Source: Vicugna vicugna (taxonomy: Eukaryota). From it: 64,000 nt of DNA. Positions 61,340-64,000 of this stretch are shown here, piece after piece. The position numbers and the translations under genes were made by a program. The stretch is taken from assembly GCA_013265495.1 (NCBI GenBank), contig MU057865.1:682001-746000 (forward strand), read 5' to 3'. The notes under the pieces are model-generated. The model did no database searches and had not been told where the DNA came from. It saw only the letters and a program-made list of their open reading frames with translations. How positions within the stretch are numbered: position 1 is the first letter of the stretch; the number at the start of each line of letters is the position of its first letter.

Positions 61340-62145
61340 TGTGAATTTCTGACTGTCAACCTCCACTGAGTCTCAATAATAGTACTGCTCAATAAGTCCA
61401 TTATGTTTATCTGGTCAACCTTCTCTCCAGCTCTTACAATGGCTACTTCAAGCTTATTCCATTGTCATTAATCTTCTGGCTCTTCCCATCGGCCTCTGCT
61501 CATTCTCAGCGAGATGATCTTTCTCCTTACGTCACAGAGAAGATTGATGAGAGCACCTTTGTTTTTCCACCTCCATGTCTATTTATCCTCATTCTTCTCT
61601 CTGTATGACTTATTAAAACAGAGGAGCATTTGTATTTTTATAATATCGATTCCTTCCTGCATTTTTAGGAACAGAACATTCTTGGTCACACATTCCTCCC
61701 GTTGGAACTTCCAGCAGATCTTCTTGTAGACTTCTCTCAGTTAGCTGTTAAGCAAGCTCCAGTCTCCCATAAATAAAATTTTACTTTCAACTCCACTCTC
61801 ACCCTTCAACCCTTCCCTATATCCCTCCTCACCTTAAAACTAAAGTGTTCAGAAGATTTTCATGCTGTTTCAATGTCTTTATTCCCATGAGTTCTTGAGC
61901 TCGTTTTGATCAGGCGTGCACCAAAATTCCTACTACTCAACCAATTCCCTGATCACCAATGTCCACCATGTCCTAAGATCAATCTAAAATTTTTTCTTTC
62001 CTTTTTTTTTTTCTTGACTTCTCAGTAAAATCAAACCTTTCTAGCTTCTTCCCCTGGAAATCCTCTTTCTGTTGTTGACATCAACATCATATATTACTGT
62101 ATTTACTTCTGCTTCTCTGGAAATGCCTTCTCAGTTTTGCCTTTC
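61340..62145 (+). mobile_element. L2 LINE fragment, host of the young L1; apparently resumes after 63928
   Basis: Pyrimidine-rich L2 motifs (GATCACCAATGTCCACCATG, CTTGACTTCTCAGT, CTTCTCTGG..CCTTCTCAGT). Confidence 0.5.
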
Positions 62146-62163
62146 AAGATTATAATTCTTTAA

Positions 62164-62393
62164 ATCAGTACTGCAACACCTGCTTTTTTGGCTTTTCCAT
62201 TTGCATGGAATATCCTTTTCCATCCTTTCACTCTCAATCTTTATGTGTCCTTCTCCCTAAAGTGGGTCTCTTGTATGCAGCATATTGAAGGTTCTTGCTT
62301 TATTATCCAGTCTGCCACTCTATGTCTTTTGACTGGAGCATTTAGTCCGTTAACATTTACAGTAATTAATGATAGATGTGTGTTTATTGCCAT
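62164..62393 (-). pseudogene. L1 ORF2 endonuclease N-terminus, truncated and with a premature stop
   Basis: Hand translation from the ATG at 62393: MAINTHLSLITVNVNGLNAPVKRHRVADWIIKQEPSICCIQETHFREKDT*RLRVKGWKRIFHANGKAKKAGVAVLI. TAA at codon 51 (62241-62243). Confidence 0.92.
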
Positions 62394-62790
62394 TTTGAAC
62401 GTATCTTTGCAGTTGAATTGGTATATCCTCTTTGTTCCTTTCTTCTTCCTGTTGTGGTTTGGTAATTTTCCTTTGTATTATCATGGATTTTATTTAATTT
62501 TTGTGACTCCCTTGTAAATTTTTGACTTGTGGTTACCCTTTTTTGTAAATCTATTAACCTATACCCATTTTTATTAAACTGATAATAACATGATCTCAAA
62601 CCCATCCTACTGTTAAAAAAATTTAAAAAAGAAAGAAAAAAAATTCTATATTTCCCTGCCTCCCTCTCCCACTCTCAGTGATTTGTATGTCTTCTTTTAT
62701 AATTTCGTGTTTTCTTTATTTGTAATTCATGAGTTATCACCTTTCCAGTTGTACGTTTCTCATTTCTGTAGCATCCTGCTGCTTTTCTAT

Positions 62791-63624
62791 TTAGAATAGC
62801 CCTTTCAATATTTCTTTTAGCATGGGTTTAGTGTTGCTAAACTCCTGCAGCTTTTTTTTGTCTGTGAAACTCTTTATTTCTCCTTCTATCCTAAAGGATA
62901 GCCTTGCTGGATAAAGTATCCTAGGCTGCATCTTTTTTTCATTCAGGGCTTTGAATATATCTTGCCACTCCCTTCTGGCCTGTAGTGTTTGTGTAGAGAA
63001 ATCAGCTGAGAGCCTTATGGGGGTTCCCTTGTAATTCACTCTTTGCTTTTCTCTTGCTGCCTTTAGAATCATTTCTTTATCCTTGACTCTGGCCATCTTG
63101 ATTATGATATGTCTTGGTGTGGGTCTATTTGGATTCTTCCTGTTTGGGACCCTCTGAGCTTCCTGTACTTGGATATCTGATTCCTTCTTTAAGTTTGGGA
63201 AGTTTTCAGTCATGATTTCTTCAAAAACCTTTTCAATCCCCTTTGATCCTTCTTCCCCTTCTGGGACCCCTATTATGTGAAGATTGGGACGCTTTATATT
63301 ATCCCATAGGTCCCTTATGCTATTATCATTATTTTTTATTTGCTTATCTTGTAGTTCTTCTGAATGGGTGCTTTCTGTTGCCCTGTCTTCTAGATCACTA
63401 ATTCGTTCCTCTGCATTAACTAGTCGGCTTTGCACAGCTATTAGATCATTCCTCATCTCTGTTAATGAGTTTACCCATTCTGCTTGGCTCTTCTTTATAG
63501 CTTCAATTTCATTTTTGACATATTTTATTTCTCTAAGCACTATCTCTTTTAATTCCTTCAGCAATTTGATCACTCCTTTTTTGAAATCTTGATCTAGTAG
63601 GCTATCGATGTCTATTTCATTGAT
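62791..63624 (-). pseudogene. L1 ORF1p, N-terminally truncated but uninterrupted for 277 codons
   Basis: Coiled coil, then LWDNIKRPNLHIIGVPEGEE, ENFPNL, TPRHIIIKM, YKGTPIRLSADFSTQTLQARREW and ILYPARLSF, all canonical ORF1p motifs. The frame is open up to the inversion junction, with TAG immediately upstream and no native start. Confidence 0.95.
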
Positions 63625-64000
63625 CTAATACAGGACAGAAATAGACTCATGGACAGAGAATACAGACTTGTGGTTACCAGGGGGGTAGAGGGTGGGAAGG
63701 GATAGACTGGGATTTCAAAATTGTAGAATAGATAAACAAGATTACACTGTATAGCACAGGGAAATATACACAAAATGTTATGATAAATCACAGAGAAAAA
63801 AATGTGACAATGAGTGTGTATATGTCCATGAATGACTGAAAAATTGTGCTGAACACTGGAATTTGACACAACATTGTAAAATGATTATAAATCAATAAAA
63901 ATGTTAAAAAAAGATTATAATTCTTTAATGTTCAGTCTTAAATACTCTTCCTTTTTTTTTAAACTTTACTCTCTACTCTTTTCCTGAGCAAGTTAATCAC

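Larger units (their letters stand above)
62164..63910. mobile_element. Young L1 insertion with 5' inversion (twin priming) and a large internal deletion
   Basis: Perfect 18-bp TSD AAGATTATAATTCTTTAA at 62146-62163 and 63911-63928. 62164-63626 is ORF2 start, inter-ORF spacer and ORF1 on the minus strand. About 63627-63910 is the L1 3' UTR end with AATAAA and a short A tail on the plus strand. Confidence 0.95.

Noticed and set aside
96..61729. The many 60-140 aa ORFs in the supplied track
   Set aside because: Lengths and composition are as expected for non-coding mammalian DNA. Many start at non-ATG codons or lie in repeats, and none matches a host protein family I recognise.
62791..63573. Domesticated L1 ORF1 gene (L1TD1-like)
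   Set aside because: No start codon, 5' UTR or promoter. It lies within a TSD-bounded recent insertion next to a stop-containing ORF2 stub, so the intact frame reflects youth.

Overview
Mammalian non-coding DNA, most likely camelid (camel/alpaca/llama group), judged from two Vic-type tRNA-derived SINE copies and the cetartiodactyl-type L1 3' ends. I recognise no host protein-coding exon, RNA gene, classical CpG-island promoter or prokaryotic feature. The only real long reading frame is L1 ORF1. It sits in a young, 5'-inverted (twin-primed) L1 insertion at 62164-63910 with a perfect 18-bp target-site duplication (TSD). The rest is ancient MIR, L2, MLT1 and DNA-transposon fossils, a solo ERV LTR, several truncated L1s, microsatellites and several recent short tandem duplications (223, about 261, 93, 39x3 and 24 bp). 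Between these lie repeat-free, homeodomain/SOX/POU-motif-rich blocks that look like developmental enhancers, best at about 42.9-43.6 kb and 57.6-58.2 kb. L1 and LTR copies are skewed to the minus strand, which suggests the window is inside a large intron of a + strand gene. I found no convincing evidence of a previously undescribed biological system. Repeat family names come from remembered consensus sequences, not a database search, and boundaries of old repeats are approximate (tens of bp).
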